DNA of 64,000 nt from contig OY986946.1 in NCBI GenBank assembly GCA_963920595.1, forward strand, positions 1,860,001-1,924,000. Reading direction: 5' to 3'. Source of the DNA: Eimeria praecox. Its lineage: Eukaryota. A program made the position numbers and the translations under genes. Of this stretch, positions 1 to 12,228 are shown piece by piece. Position 1 is the first letter of the stretch, and each line of letters begins with the position of its first letter. Under the pieces are notes generated by a model that did not search any database, had not been told where the DNA came from, and was given only the letters and a program-made list of their open reading frames with translations.

Positions 1-104
1 TGTTGAGGAGGGCAGAGGTCCTTGTCTGCTTTGTTTATGAAGCACCGGGGTGCGTCTCTTGAGGGGATATAAATCCATTTAATATGAAAAGAGACAAACA
101 TCTC

Positions 105-179
105 AAACCCTAAACCCTAAACCCGTTCAGACGAAAACCCTAAACCCTAAACCCTAAACCCTACAACTACTCAAACCCT
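105..179 (+). repeat. Interstitial telomere-like heptamer repeats (AAACCCT)n
   Basis: Runs at 105-124 and 135-162 plus one unit at 173-179, flanked by unique sequence. Dispersed AAACCCT/AGGGTTT heptamers are typical of Eimeria repeat-rich segments. Confidence 0.9.
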
Positions 180-643
180 TCTTCACTCTGATCGTCAATA
201 CAGCACCAATACAGCCATCATGGCCTTCTTCAAAAGCAGCTGTCTGTACACCCGAATTTCAATTCGTCTTCGGATGTTTCTTTCTTTCTCTTTCTTGTTC
301 TACTTGTTGTTGTTGCTGTTTCTTCTATTCTTCTATTCTTCTGTTCCTTCCTATTCCCCCCTGTCCTCCTCGTTTCTGTTCTTCTTCTTTCTCGAAATAC
401 AATTAGTTGTTTTTGAAGAAGAAAACAACAGAAAATAAACAAATACTTCTATTATTAACACATCCTCTACGTGCAGCCAATGGTCTCAAGATCACAGCAA
501 GCAAGCGGCAGCGGCCTTTCTGCTATATCTGCGGCTTTTGTTTCTTTTATTGAATATAATTTCGAAAATATTATTTAATTTAAAACATTTTTATTGTGTA
601 CACAGAGAAAAATCCACCTTTCCCATGTTGTCTAGCGGCTGGA

Positions 644-731
644 CCGCTGCTGCAGCTACCGCTGTTGTTGCTGCTGCCGTCATTGCTGATGATGAAGGAG
701 GATGCATGCAACAGCAGCAGCAGCAGCAGCT
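644..731. repeat. CAG/CTG trinucleotide-rich simple repeat with a TGCATGCA octamer
   Basis: gctgctgcagct..., tgcatgca and cagcagcagcagcagcagc are read directly. Confidence 0.8.
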
Positions 732-961
732 CTTTTCTTGCATATATCTTAAAATCCCAAAGAAATAATAATATATTCATGAATAACCCATGAAATATAC
801 ATAAAAAACTCGCGAAATCCCCGCGAAAATCCCATGAAATACTGAGAAGGAACCCGGGGTATATGCCTAGAAAACAGCTCATGATATGTTTATAAACACA
901 TTAAATAAACATGAACAACTCATTAAATATAATTAAACAAAGAAAACACAGAAAACTCATG

Positions 962-1127
<166 letters not shown>

Positions 1128-1221
1128 GAAGAAATCGTCAAACACGGCTCGAAGAAACTCCATGAAATAATAATATACACAAATAACCCATGAAAAAATC
1201 TGCATCAACAAAATTTGAATA

Positions 1222-1585
1222 AATATTAATGTTAATGTAAACAAACAAATAATTCATGAAATTATTATTTATTAATAATAATAAATAATATTATTATTTT
1301 TTTTAATATTAATGTTAATGTAAACAAACAAATAATTCATGAAATTATTATTTATTAATAATAATAAATAATATTATTATTATTTTTAATATTAATGTTA
1401 ATGTAAACAAACAAATAATGCATGAAATTATTATTTATTAATAATAATAAATAATATTATTATTTTTAATATTAATGTTAATGTAAACAAACAAATAATT
1501 CATGAAATTATTATTTATTAATAATAATAAATAATATTATTATTATTTTTAATATTAATATTAATGTAAACAAACAAATAATTCA
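1222..1585. repeat. AT-rich minisatellite, ~80-83 bp unit, ~4.4 copies
   Basis: Unit aatattaatgttaatgtaaacaaacaaataattcatgaaattattatttattaataataataaataatattattatttt restarts at about 1222, 1305, 1388, 1468 and 1551. Confidence 0.92.
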
Positions 1586-1720
1586 ATCTAAAGAAGAAAT
1601 TCATAAAATTTACAGAGAGAAACTATGAAACAACCATAGACAAATTGTACATAGGAATAACACATTTCAAAAAATTCAGGAAATATTACTGAAACAACTC
1701 GAATACACATAGAGAACAAA

Positions 1721-1722
<2 letters not shown>

Positions 1723-1799
<77 letters not shown>

Positions 1800-1856
1800 A
1801 ATCCTTTCTGTATATTTCATGAATTTCATTCTTGAATGCGTATTTCATGCCTTGCG

Positions 1857-1943
<87 letters not shown>

Positions 1944-2208
1944 GATGAAATCTGCATGGAAAATTCATGAACTACTCCGCTAAAACAGCCCATGAAATCT
2001 GCATGAAAACTTCCAAATAAATAAATAAAATAAACAAAATAATAATAAGCAATGTATGAAACATTTCATTTAAGAATAAAATTCATGAAATATACAGAAA
2101 GGATTCAACGAAGATGTTTTAATATTACTCACATAATACGCATAAGGAATATATGAAAATTATAAAGAAAATATGAACAGAAAAATTATGAAATATATAT
2201 AAACAACT

Positions 2209-2290
<82 letters not shown>

Positions 2291-2546
2291 AAGCAATTCA
2301 CGAAATAATATCTCATGAGTTGTCTATGCATATATAATGAATATTATATAATACTCATGATATTATATATCATATATCGCTAAATGACTCTACAAATATG
2401 TGTAAACACCACATAAAAACATAAACAAACAATTCTGAATGAAATACAAACAAATAAACCATGAAAATTGCATCTAAAAAATCAAAACATGAAGGAGAAG
2501 GAGAAACCCGAGGCGCAGGTAAACACCACCAGCAATCTAAACCCTC

Positions 2547-2623
<77 letters not shown>

Positions 2624-2726
2624 TATATATAGATATAGATATAGATATATAGATATATATAGATATAGATATAGATATACATATAGATATATATAGATAT
2701 ATAGATATAGATATATATATATATAG

Positions 2727-2782
<56 letters not shown>
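1723..2782. repeat. Cluster of (TA)n and TAGA-interrupted microsatellites
   Basis: Tracts at about 1723-1795, 1859-1941, 2212-2289 and 2551-2782. Confidence 0.95.
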
Positions 2783-2789
<7 letters not shown>

Positions 2790-2902
2790 CAACACCCGAA
2801 ACTATTCACGCCTAATTGCCTCTTGCAAGCATAAAGGTTTCCCTCCCATCTAAGCTATATCTGAACACAACACCCTTGCTGACTGCCTGGACTTAACTCG
2901 AG

Positions 2903-2970
2903 GCAGCTAGCTAGTAGCTAGCTAGCTAACTGCAGCTAGCTAGTAGCTAGCTAGCTAACTGCAGCTAGCT
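2903..2970. repeat. 29-bp tandem repeat built of AGCT/CTAG palindromes, ~2.3 copies
   Basis: GCAGCTAGCTAGTAGCTAGCTAGCTAACT at 2903 and 2932, partial copy at 2961. Confidence 0.9.
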
Positions 2971-3349
2971 GCCTGTTCTGTCTAAAAGAAATACAATATG
3001 TTTAGAAATGCAGAGATGATTTGAAAGGTCTTAACTCCCGATACACCTGAACAGACCCCAAGGGCCAAACCCGCCGCAGTTATTAAGCAGCACAAAGTAA
3101 AAGAGAGACAAGAGCTGCAGCATCAGCAGCAGCAGCTTATGTTTCTGTTGCTGCTGCAACCAATCCCCCAACTGATGATGTTGGGTCTTATGTGGATTTG
3201 TTGTGGCTTTGCTGCAGTAGCTGTTGCTGTTGCAACAGCTGCTGCTGCTGCTACTGCTGCTGTGACGGCTGTTGCTGCTGCTGCAGCTGCTGCAGCAGCA
3301 GCAACAGCCGTGCGAATACGGCTCAGTGAGGTGTATGTTCTTGGTGCAC

Positions 3350-4214
3350 TTAGTCGAACAGAGAAAAACCCATATCTGCATCTTCTTCTTCCTCGGGCTC
3401 CTCCTGCTTTGCTGGCTTTCCTCCTTTCTCTGCTGGTGCAGCTCCAGCTGCAGCAGCAGCAGGGGCTGCTGCAGCAGCAGCAGGAGCGGCAGCAGCAACA
3501 GAACCCGCTCCGCTAATCAAGTCCCTGCGCAGCCACAAACACAAACAGGCAAACAACCACAAACGAAAATGCTACGACATATACACACCCTTGCATGCAG
3601 AGTGCATGCATGCTGCATGCGGGCAAAGCCCCAAACCCAGCAAGATAATAATTCAAAACCGCTGATGTCTACAGGAGAGGAAGGAAGCGAAGGTGTTTGA
3701 GAGGAAGAGACGCCGAGGGTACAACATCGTCTTCGCTCTTTATTAGATTATACTGCCAATAAACATATATATATCCATAAAATAAACGTAAAAAAGAAAA
3801 GAAGAAAAGAAAGAAAACAACAAAACACAGACAAATCAAACAACAAACCCTACACCCCGTTCACCCCACATACGTTCAGCAACCATCGCCAGTAGCAACA
3901 ACTGCTACTACTTCTCTGTATCTGAAATAGTATAAAATACAAAATGAAGCATGGAATTACAGAAGAATACAAAGAAGAAGCACAAGGGAGAAGGGCTCTA
4001 TATACGCCGCTTACTCTACTTTGTGGCTCTTAAGAGCACGAGCAAAGAGACCTGGCATGTACGGTTCTACAGATGCTCCAGCAGCAGTAACGAGTTTTTG
4101 TATATTTTCTGCAGAGATTTCCATTCCTTCATCCGAAAGAATCAGAGCTGCATATGTACATAACAGCTCCTGACGCTGGTTATCGGGGAGGGAAGAGGTG
4201 GGGACGGCGGCCAT
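3350..4214 (-). CDS. RPLP1: 60S acidic ribosomal protein P1, 2 exons (4214-4015, 3524-3350), 124 aa
   Basis: ELLCTYAALILSD...ENIQKLVTAAG..VEPYMPGLFARAL is a P1-type N-domain, followed by an Ala-rich hinge and the conserved EEEDADMGFSLFD C-terminus. The GTAAGC...CAG intron has matching phase 2. Confidence 0.95.
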
Positions 4215-4408
4215 TTTCAAAACGAAATCTGGGGGAAATAACAAGAAATAAATAAATATTTCTGATAATCTCGCCTCCACTCGACTCCTTTCTCCACCAA
4301 TGTTGTTCAAAAACACTCCTTTCCTACCTACAAACTCTCATGCTCCCACCCACTACCTCAGCTGCTGCGGGGCCGCTGCGATGCGCGGCAGCCCCCCCAC
4401 GGGGGGAA

Positions 4409-4416
4409 TGCATGCA
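4409..4416. promoter_or_regulatory. TGCATGCA palindromic motif ~195 bp upstream of the RPLP1 ATG
   Basis: Motif seen directly, with more copies in the RPLP1 intron (3592-3620). YGCATGCR is a known apicomplexan ApiAP2-type and ribosomal-protein promoter element, but it is also abundant genome-wide. Confidence 0.4.
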
Positions 4417-7212
4417 GCCCCAGGTTTCGTTTTTGAAAATGCAGGAAACGAAGAAGAAAATGTTTTATTTATATTATTATGATCTTATAATCATTGTATC
4501 AATTCAAACTAATAACTTAATCTGCTGTCTTTTAGGATACAGTTCCCTTAACACTCAGGCCAGCCCCGTGAAGTTCAGCTTTCTGAGCTCCACCGCTAGG
4601 GCTGAATTCGTCCAGCACAGGAAAATATTCTTCTTAATTGTTCTAGATACACATTCAGAAACACACTAATACTTTCTAATCAACCCGAAACGGCGGAGCT
4701 CTGTAGTGAATGGTTGTGTGTATACTGTAGCGCGTATCCTCCATCTTAGCGGACGGCAATCGCGAGCTGCAACGGAGTCAAGATACTTTCAATATAATGA
4801 TGACAATAATAATGGTTAGAAAAGGCCTTTATTGTTCTAGTCAGGATACAGCCGTCCTGAGAACAGGGTCTCCAGGGCTTGGGACCTTTCATAAAGACAG
4901 TCACGAATCGCATCACATATTGTAGCCCGGCGTACTTAAAGGCAGGCATCCCTGCATGCAGGTGTAGCCAAGTAAAATTTCTATGCTTAGGCCGACGTTG
5001 TAGGGGATTGTAAGCCATCGACATAGCTCTCCTTGATATGAGACTCCACGATCATAGCCGAGGGCCATCGTGAGCTGCAAGTGTTAAGAGCTCAAAGAAA
5101 GAGCTCGCCAAAAAAGCAGCTGGTTCCCTCCCCTATCCCCAGGCGTCCTGAAGGCAGTGGCTCAGGGCGTGAGGCTGGGGAAGAGAAGGTGTCCTGACAC
5201 AAGTGCACCCTGCAACTTCTGATGAAAGGTAATCTCGGATGCAAGCAGAACTCAGCATTCATTGCTGCGTGCATTATCTTCGTAAACATTTGTTGATCAT
5301 TTCTGCTTGCTTGAAGGCAGGCTGTCTAGGTTAGGCGAATGTTCCTGCACCAACTTTCGACAAAGTATGCCACACCCCTTAGTAGACACAGTTACAGGCA
5401 GGTATGCCTGCGTTTGAGAATGAACCTTAGACAAACCATTCTACGGGCAATACATGCTGAAGTCTCTACAGTATAGCCAAACTGTATACTTTTACCAAGG
5501 GTCCACGCCCTTAAGCCCCCCCAGCGTTGGTAAGCTGTCAGGTATGGTATTAGCTGGAACACGCGGAGCGACGCCAAACTGGGGCTTTTCAAGGATCTAG
5601 TAATCATTAATGAATAATAGATTCTGCTTTCCGCATACTGAATGAGTAGCATTTACAACGTCAACAGAGCAGCACCCCAGTCTTTATTGAATGAGGGGCC
5701 TCTACGATGCCAGCAAAACAGGAAGGAATGAGCCGCTCTCTAAGGAGCGCGCGCTGGCCAGCTCTCGCTTTCTTAAGACAATGCCTATGCTTAGTTTTGC
5801 ACCAACTCACACTGGGGATAGACTAAAGAATCGATTTTCTCAATGATCAATAGCAGCGGCTTTCGCACCTACTGCATGCACAACTGTTGCCATGTTGAGA
5901 ACTGGATGAGGCCCTTCTTGTTTGATATGCTTCAAGCACTTAACATAACTCCGAGTTTTGCGAAACAAAAAGAAGAATAAGCTGGACAGCACAGGCCCAA
6001 CAATTCGCTGCTTCCAAGTCTACATTTGGTGGCAGCGGTGCATGCAACAGCTGCAAGATCACTCGCTGCTTTTGATTAACGAAAAGGCACATCCTTTGAG
6101 GACGTTTCCTCTTGAATGAGCAGCGGCTGTTGGGACATTAAATCTGAGAAGCTGCGAATGGTAGCCTTTACTAGCAATATGCAGGGGATCTCGCCCCCGT
6201 AACGCAGCTGGGGGTGCTAGCTACGGAAGCTAGGGAAAGTTTGTGCTTACGGCATGCCATGGTCTGCTACGGCACCTCAAGTGATGTGCGTTGTCAGTTC
6301 ACAAGAAAGTCAGCAAAAGTTGTAGCTGAAATCTAGAGGAATGGGGATGCTCCTTTGGACTATCGAGTCTTTTTCCAGGCAGTTACAAGCTGTTTACGCT
6401 GGTTCATCTGCTCAAGAGGCGTATAGAGAGATACGATTATCGTCAGCTATCCCCTTAGCAATTCAATAATTGTACCAGTGAGTGCAGTAAGGATGCCCTG
6501 GTTACGCTTTACGCGGAAGAAGAACAACGCTGTTTCCAGTGCTCCTTGCATTCCCTGCTCTAGTTTAGCCTTGCTCGCACGACCTTGTAACTTCTTGCTT
6601 CTTCTTCTGCACCGTTGACGGGAAAGCAAGCAGGAAAGGGTCTGTACAATGCAGTGAACATTTGTACAACTGTGCAATGAAGTGAGTCTATTGTCACCAC
6701 CCTACTGCTCCTCCTGCTCTCTTTACAGAATCCCATACACCTGTGCAACCAGGCGTATGTTTAGCGTGCGCTTGTTCGAGATACGGGTGTCATGAGCAGA
6801 ACGCTATAAAACCTTGAAGAAGGCAGCTTTCGCTGCGAAGTTCCAACTCAAATAGCCCAAACAAGAACATTCACTGCTGTCAATTTAGGCGCATTCCGCT
6901 CTGCTCAGATGAAAGGACTTCCTGAAAACCTTCTCAGTCCAGGAGGAGTGTTGAGCTTTCACACCTTTCACCCCAATTTTTTCAATGCGGAAAGAGTCCG
7001 TTGGCTCTCGGCTTCCAAAGTGTTGAGGTGTACCTTGAAAGTTTTGAAAAGTTTTTCTGCGTTGTTTGGCCTTGCTGCAAATCGTCTCGAGCACTGCAGA
7101 GACGACCAGACGTTTAATGACTTCACAGCGAGGCATAAACTTTGTTTGGGAAAGAATCAAAATGTTGCAGGATATCCTACATGAATATGAGCTGTGGGAC
7201 AGGGTCTAACGC

Positions 7213-10200
7213 TCAAGTGTCGTTGTAGCTGTCTGCTTGGTTCGTGTGAATGACTGGGTTTGTGGGGGATACACAAGCCAGCCATTCGTGCTCTGATGGG
7301 GAAGATGAGGGTGGAAGGCTGCCAGCGAAGGTAGACTTCCTCTGCGCAGCTGTCCGGCCTCCGCTGCAATCTAACTTGGGGCGTGTGGGGGAGGGAATGC
7401 CTTCAATTGTGGCAGCCACGGGACAGGAAAGGGAGGGAAAATTAGACAATCCTTGAGGAGATTCTGGCAGGGATGATGCAATGGAAGCTTCTGCCCAAGG
7501 ACTTTGCAAGCGGGAGCCTGTGAATCCCTCATTTTCCCGATGCATAATCGGTGGCGAGCTCTCCAGAGGTATGTTTTGTCCAACAGCCGATGAGCAGGCA
7601 ATCTCGCCTCCACAGCAGTCTCGTGGAGTTGACACAGGGGTCTCTCTGCAACCCTTAGGATTCTCTTGTGGAGAGCGTGATGCGGCTTCCGTAGCGCTCA
7701 ATGTGCTATCATTCCCTCTGACTGTTGATGGGCCTTCATGCACCGGGCCAGCTGCGTGCCCTTGAGGCTTTAGTTGTCCTTCTACAGAGGGTCTGCGCTT
7801 TACTGTGATTGTTTGAGGGTCTTTGGAGGGAAATGCATGCGGAATACCTCGTACAGTAGAGCGGGGAGCTGCAACGTCTTGGCCACTGCGGGAGGCATTA
7901 GAAGCGTCCAGTGCTTCACCATTTTGAGGGGAAGCCTGCAGTTGCCGAGTGCTCGAATATTCCTTATTTTCGTTTTCTTCAGACTCTAGACCGGAGCCTA
8001 GTGGGCTAGTTGATTCTGCCTTCGGCAAACTGCTACACATGCTTTGTCGGCATTGATCAAGTTTAGGTGCCTGCTGCTGCTCGGGGAATTGATCTACAGT
8101 AGCGCCCTGCTCAGATTCCTTTGTGATCTCCTTGGGCAAGCTCTCTGAAGTCTCTTGCTTCAGGGGAACGGGATGAAATTCTAATCCAGCCGAAGTTGAT
8201 TCACGTAGCAGTGGCGCTTTGGAAGCGGTCTCATGCAAGGTGATTGGAGCAGATGATCGGCAAGGGCCTACTGTTTCCTTGTACTGTTCTCCCCTCAAAG
8301 TGCTGTTGTTAGGGCCACCAACTCTATCACTTGAACGGGGCCTGAATGCTGGCAAGCGTCGATCGAGAGAAATTTGGGAGCAACTCATTGGCTGGCTTGC
8401 CTCCGTACCCGCAGGGCCAGATCCCGCTGGTGGCGTCAAAATAGTGAGCGTTCTATTGACAGCATTTGAAGCCTCACTGAGCGGCTGAGGCTGCTTCTCT
8501 AAATCAACACTTAGAGTACGAAAACTAGAAGTCAACAGCTGCCTCTCCGCAGCAGCAATACTGCAGCGTTGGAACTCAGGGCGAACCCTTTCTGCAAAAC
8601 TTTGTTCCTGCAGATCGCAAGTGGCGTTACACAAGCTCTGTTCATGAACTTCCTTTCTTGGAGATCCGTTGTCTAAATCACCCCAACCCCTCCAGCGATC
8701 ATCATCTCTGCTTGTTGCGTATTCTTGGAATGGGGGCTGGCCATTCTTAATCAGGTCAGGAACGCTGCCTGCATTGCACGGTGGTTCGCAAGCATTAGGA
8801 GAAACATTTTCACCGCCAAAGAGGTCACGTGCCTCGCCATCGACCAAATCAGCCGGCGGCTCCACAGCAAAATCAATACAACTAAGTGAGAGGGACATCG
8901 ACGATGCTAACTTTCTGTGTTGAACACAGGTAGCTCGTGCTGCTTCATAAAGTTTTCGCATTTTTTTCAGACGTTTTTGCACCTCAGCATTCTTGCGTCG
9001 AGCAGACTCAAGCTCCACAACAAGGAGCTTGAACTCTGCATCCTTATTTCTTAGTAGGTCATTGCTGCGCTGAACCTCATCCGTCAAGCGCGCCACACGC
9101 CCCTCGTATTCCTGCTTCAAAGCTGTTGCTGCTGCGTGCTCTGAACCGGCCCCTCGATGGGGAATTGACGGCTTGCCCACTGATAAAGGCCTTGCGCTAG
9201 CGGCTATCACTTCATTATCTTCCATTTCAATTGAATGTGGTGGCTGCTTGCAATGTACGCCCTCATTCACGCATTCATTCGCCTGTCTTTCCAGCTGAGC
9301 CTCTAGCAGCTTCACCTGCCTCCTTGCTTGAGACAGCTGAGAACGGAAAATTGCATTTTCCTGGCTAAGCATCATGTTCGCCTCATTTTGCTCCGTATGA
9401 GAGTCGGGCTTACGAATAAGGAGAGCAGTTCTTAACAACTCCCTTTCTTTTTCATCTAAACGGCGTTCCCTCTCCGACAATTTCGTTTCACGTTCGGCAA
9501 GCCGTTCTTCCATTTCTTTCTGTCGGAACAAGCGGGCTTCGAGCTTGTTTCTTGCCTCATTCATTGTGAGTTGGGTTTCCAGCGCACTCGCCCGTGCATC
9601 CGCTCCGTGGCTTCCTGTTGCCTGATCTAATGCTTTTTCAAGCTGCCGCATTCGTTTCTCGTATTCACTTTCTAAAGTGGCAATGCGCTGGTCGAAGTTC
9701 TGTCGAGAGTCCTCGCTAGCGGCAAATAGTCGTTTCGACGACTCTTGCAGTTCGAGGTTTCTTAAGTGAGCTTCCAGAAGTAGCACCTTGCTTTGTGCCA
9801 TCTGTTGCCAGTCATTCCACCTAGAGCCATGTACGCCTGAGTTGCGACATGCTGGTGAATCGGGGTCAGAAGCTGCGGATTCAACCTTTTGTTTGCGTGC
9901 ACTTCTGGGTGGACAGGATGCCCCTTTGGACCTCTTTGCTCGTTGTGTGCATTCAGTTCGATCAATTCTGCGAGGAGACCTTCCTCCCCCATCGCTCTGG
10001 AAACACCGATCTTCACCTGCACTGGAAGAGCTGCGCTCTGCTGCAGACACTTCATCAGTGCTTCTTGGCAAGCTAGAGGTTTGGGTGTCATCAGTGCTTC
10101 TTGGCAAGCTAGAGGTTTGGGTGCAACCAAACTGACTAGCAGCACCTATCAAGCTGTCAAGCAAATTCCACTGAAGTCCTGATGAGACACAGGGAGTGGA

Positions 10201-10632
10201 CGATCCTTTGAGGAGAGCTTTTGGCAACTGCAGGACTGCCTGGCACTCCTCCTGCGACAGTACATCACTACTTCGCATGTCGGCCTCAGGACAGAGTACT
10301 CCAGCAGTGTGAAAAAGCCCATGTGCCTTGAGCCAGAGAAGAACTAACGAGAGAGTCGCCTTGAAAGCAAGCGTTTTCCTAGCTCCCTGCTCGTCCTCTT
10401 CACCAAGCTCTACGCTTGCACATTCATAGGGCTCCCTCCCTTCATGAATTGTGCAATTCAGCAGCTTCCCCGAGAGGAAGTAGCGCACGTGGCACTCGAG
10501 TTGCTGCCGCAGTTGTGACTGAGACAATAAAGAAAGCATTCTATCCGAGGCCTCAACTGTGGAAGCTGTCGACGAAAACTTATTTTCACTGCTCCCTCGC
10601 TGAGCAGCCTTGTCTGGAGATAGATCCATCAT
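7213..10632 (-). CDS. Large single-exon LisH + coiled-coil protein, OFD1/FOP-like centriolar or basal-body candidate (~1139 aa)
   Basis: 3.4-kb open frame. The N-terminal LRQQLECHVRYFL followed by LSLVLLWLKAHGLFHTAGVLCPEA resembles the TOF-LisH module. It is followed by long heptad coiled coils and a Ser/Pro-rich tail. Family assignment is inference. Confidence 0.7.
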   Translation of the reverse strand: MMDLSPDKAAQRGSSENKFSSTASTVEASDRMLSLLSQSQLRQQLECHVRYFLSGKLLNCTIHEGREPYECASVELGEEDEQGARKTLAFKATLSLVLLWLKAHGLFHTAGVLCPEADMRSSDVLSQEECQAVLQLPKALLKGSSTPCVSSGLQWNLLDSLIGAASQFGCTQTSSLPRSTDDTQTSSLPRSTDEVSAAERSSSSAGEDRCFQSDGGGRSPRRIDRTECTQRAKRSKGASCPPRSARKQKVESAASDPDSPACRNSGVHGSRWNDWQQMAQSKVLLLEAHLRNLELQESSKRLFAASEDSRQNFDQRIATLESEYEKRMRQLEKALDQATGSHGADARASALETQLTMNEARNKLEARLFRQKEMEERLAERETKLSERERRLDEKERELLRTALLIRKPDSHTEQNEANMMLSQENAIFRSQLSQARRQVKLLEAQLERQANECVNEGVHCKQPPHSIEMEDNEVIAASARPLSVGKPSIPHRGAGSEHAAATALKQEYEGRVARLTDEVQRSNDLLRNKDAEFKLLVVELESARRKNAEVQKRLKKMRKLYEAARATCVQHRKLASSMSLSLSCIDFAVEPPADLVDGEARDLFGGENVSPNACEPPCNAGSVPDLIKNGQPPFQEYATSRDDDRWRGWGDLDNGSPRKEVHEQSLCNATCDLQEQSFAERVRPEFQRCSIAAAERQLLTSSFRTLSVDLEKQPQPLSEASNAVNRTLTILTPPAGSGPAGTEASQPMSCSQISLDRRLPAFRPRSSDRVGGPNNSTLRGEQYKETVGPCRSSAPITLHETASKAPLLRESTSAGLEFHPVPLKQETSESLPKEITKESEQGATVDQFPEQQQAPKLDQCRQSMCSSLPKAESTSPLGSGLESEENENKEYSSTRQLQASPQNGEALDASNASRSGQDVAAPRSTVRGIPHAFPSKDPQTITVKRRPSVEGQLKPQGHAAGPVHEGPSTVRGNDSTLSATEAASRSPQENPKGCRETPVSTPRDCCGGEIACSSAVGQNIPLESSPPIMHRENEGFTGSRLQSPWAEASIASSLPESPQGLSNFPSLSCPVAATIEGIPSPTRPKLDCSGGRTAAQRKSTFAGSLPPSSSPSEHEWLACVSPTNPVIHTNQADSYNDT
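10052..10123. repeat. Perfect 36-bp in-frame tandem duplication (TQTSSLPRSTDD x2)
   Basis: tcatcagtgcttcttggcaagctagaggtttgggtg at 10052 and 10088. Confidence 0.95.
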
Positions 10633-12228
10633 GTGCAGCAACACGTCGGAAGCGCCTTACGGGCTAATCGTGGCTTTGTCTGCGAAGCCGCGCGTATAGA
10701 ATGCGCCTACACAGGGTGTATGTCGCAAGAAAATCCTTTACATGGATAGAGAACACGCAAATTTTTAACTCATCTTCACCACTCGTAAGTCCTTGTGCAA
10801 CAACCCGATCGATCCGTTGTCCCGTTTGAAAGCTATATATAAGTGGAGTGAGACAGCAGGCCCTCAACGTAACCCCAAGTGCCTATCAACCTTCACATGG
10901 CACATGAAATTCGGATTCAATGTGCCTGAGGATAGTGTTTGAAAAAAACATAATTACACGCAACCGCCTAAGGAGAACCAGACTCAAAACAGTGACTTTG
11001 GCGGTGGTGCACACTGCAGCTTCCCTGTTAACAACACAACCCCCACCTTCGGTCCATTTCTACCAAATTGAGTATAAAATGCACAGCACCACACTTTACA
11101 TGTGGTGAGAAAATGGTGAAATCACAAACTGCTCGCTCGGCAAAAAAACAGAGGGCACCTGTTCCTAGCCCCTCGGCCTCGCCGAGACCAATGGCCCCAC
11201 AAACCAGGCGCAGGTCCCAAAGATGATATTTTGCTCGCGTTAGTTAATTTACTGAATCTAGTGTATGTACAAGCTCGAAAGGCCTCCTCAACTGTTGGCG
11301 CTAACCTCCAGTGGGAAGCCTCTCATGCGAGTGAAGCTGGCTTGCCTGAATCTCCACTTTAACCTGCCGTTTACGAAAAATAGGCAAGAATTCTCGTATC
11401 AAAAAGCAGGCGTACCTTGAGAAGCTGCTGTAGATACTTAAAGACATGAACATGTGGCAAACACTACCCCGTTTATCGTCTGGTGGTCCAATCGACGGTT
11501 ATGTGTTTACATCCAGCAAGGCCTACCGGCACAACACTGGTTCACAGCTACTTATTCCTCGAAAAAGGCATTTTCTCTTCATCATAACTATGGCAAAGCC
11601 TTTGCAGCTCTTGTACACTAGGGGAAATGCATTTCTTTGTCGTGTGCAGCCCCAGGCCGCTGTGAGCCCCAATGGATCGCATAGGCGGGCGATAGTGGGC
11701 ACCTTACATAGAACCGCTAGCTTCTCAACCAATGCGTGCATCAAGTTCTAAAGGTATTTACTTCTGCTTTCCAGGTGATGCAGTGGGGAAAAAACGGCTG
11801 ATGGGGCCGATCACAGCTCCAAGCAAGGCTCGGCGTCACACGCAACAATCATGTGGGTGCAAGCGCATTTAACCCCTCGAAGGGCAGCATATAATGTGAC
11901 ATAGTAGACAATAACTGAGGTGTAATCTGAATGCATAAGGGTAGGGGAACGTATGAATTGCGTACGAGAGAATGGTTGGATTGGCTGTGGAGCCGCTGGC
12001 TGGAGAGATAGACGCTCACAGGGAGTGGGCGATGCATGTGCCGAAGCTTAAGAAAGTATCAAATGAGAAACTAACGAGGAGAACTATAAGAAATCTTGCA
12101 TCCTGAACCATCAAGTTGAGGAAAAGACGAATCCCCCAGAGCTGCACACGGGTAGCAGCAAGAGGGGCCTCGAACCGAACCCGGGACCACCGTGTGATGG
12201 AATTGACATAAAAGTTATTGCAAGGCAG

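Noticed and set aside
105..179. True chromosome end (telomere)
   Set aside because: Short interrupted runs flanked by unique sequence; these are interstitial heptamers.
1..640. Minus-strand spliced gene starting MGK near 626
   Set aside because: Some exon-like segments are present, but no phase-consistent or recognisable product could be assembled.
3031..3700. Poly-Q/A/L ORFs overlapping RPLP1
   Set aside because: Alternative-frame and antisense readings of CAG-rich RPLP1 exon 2 and its 3' UTR.
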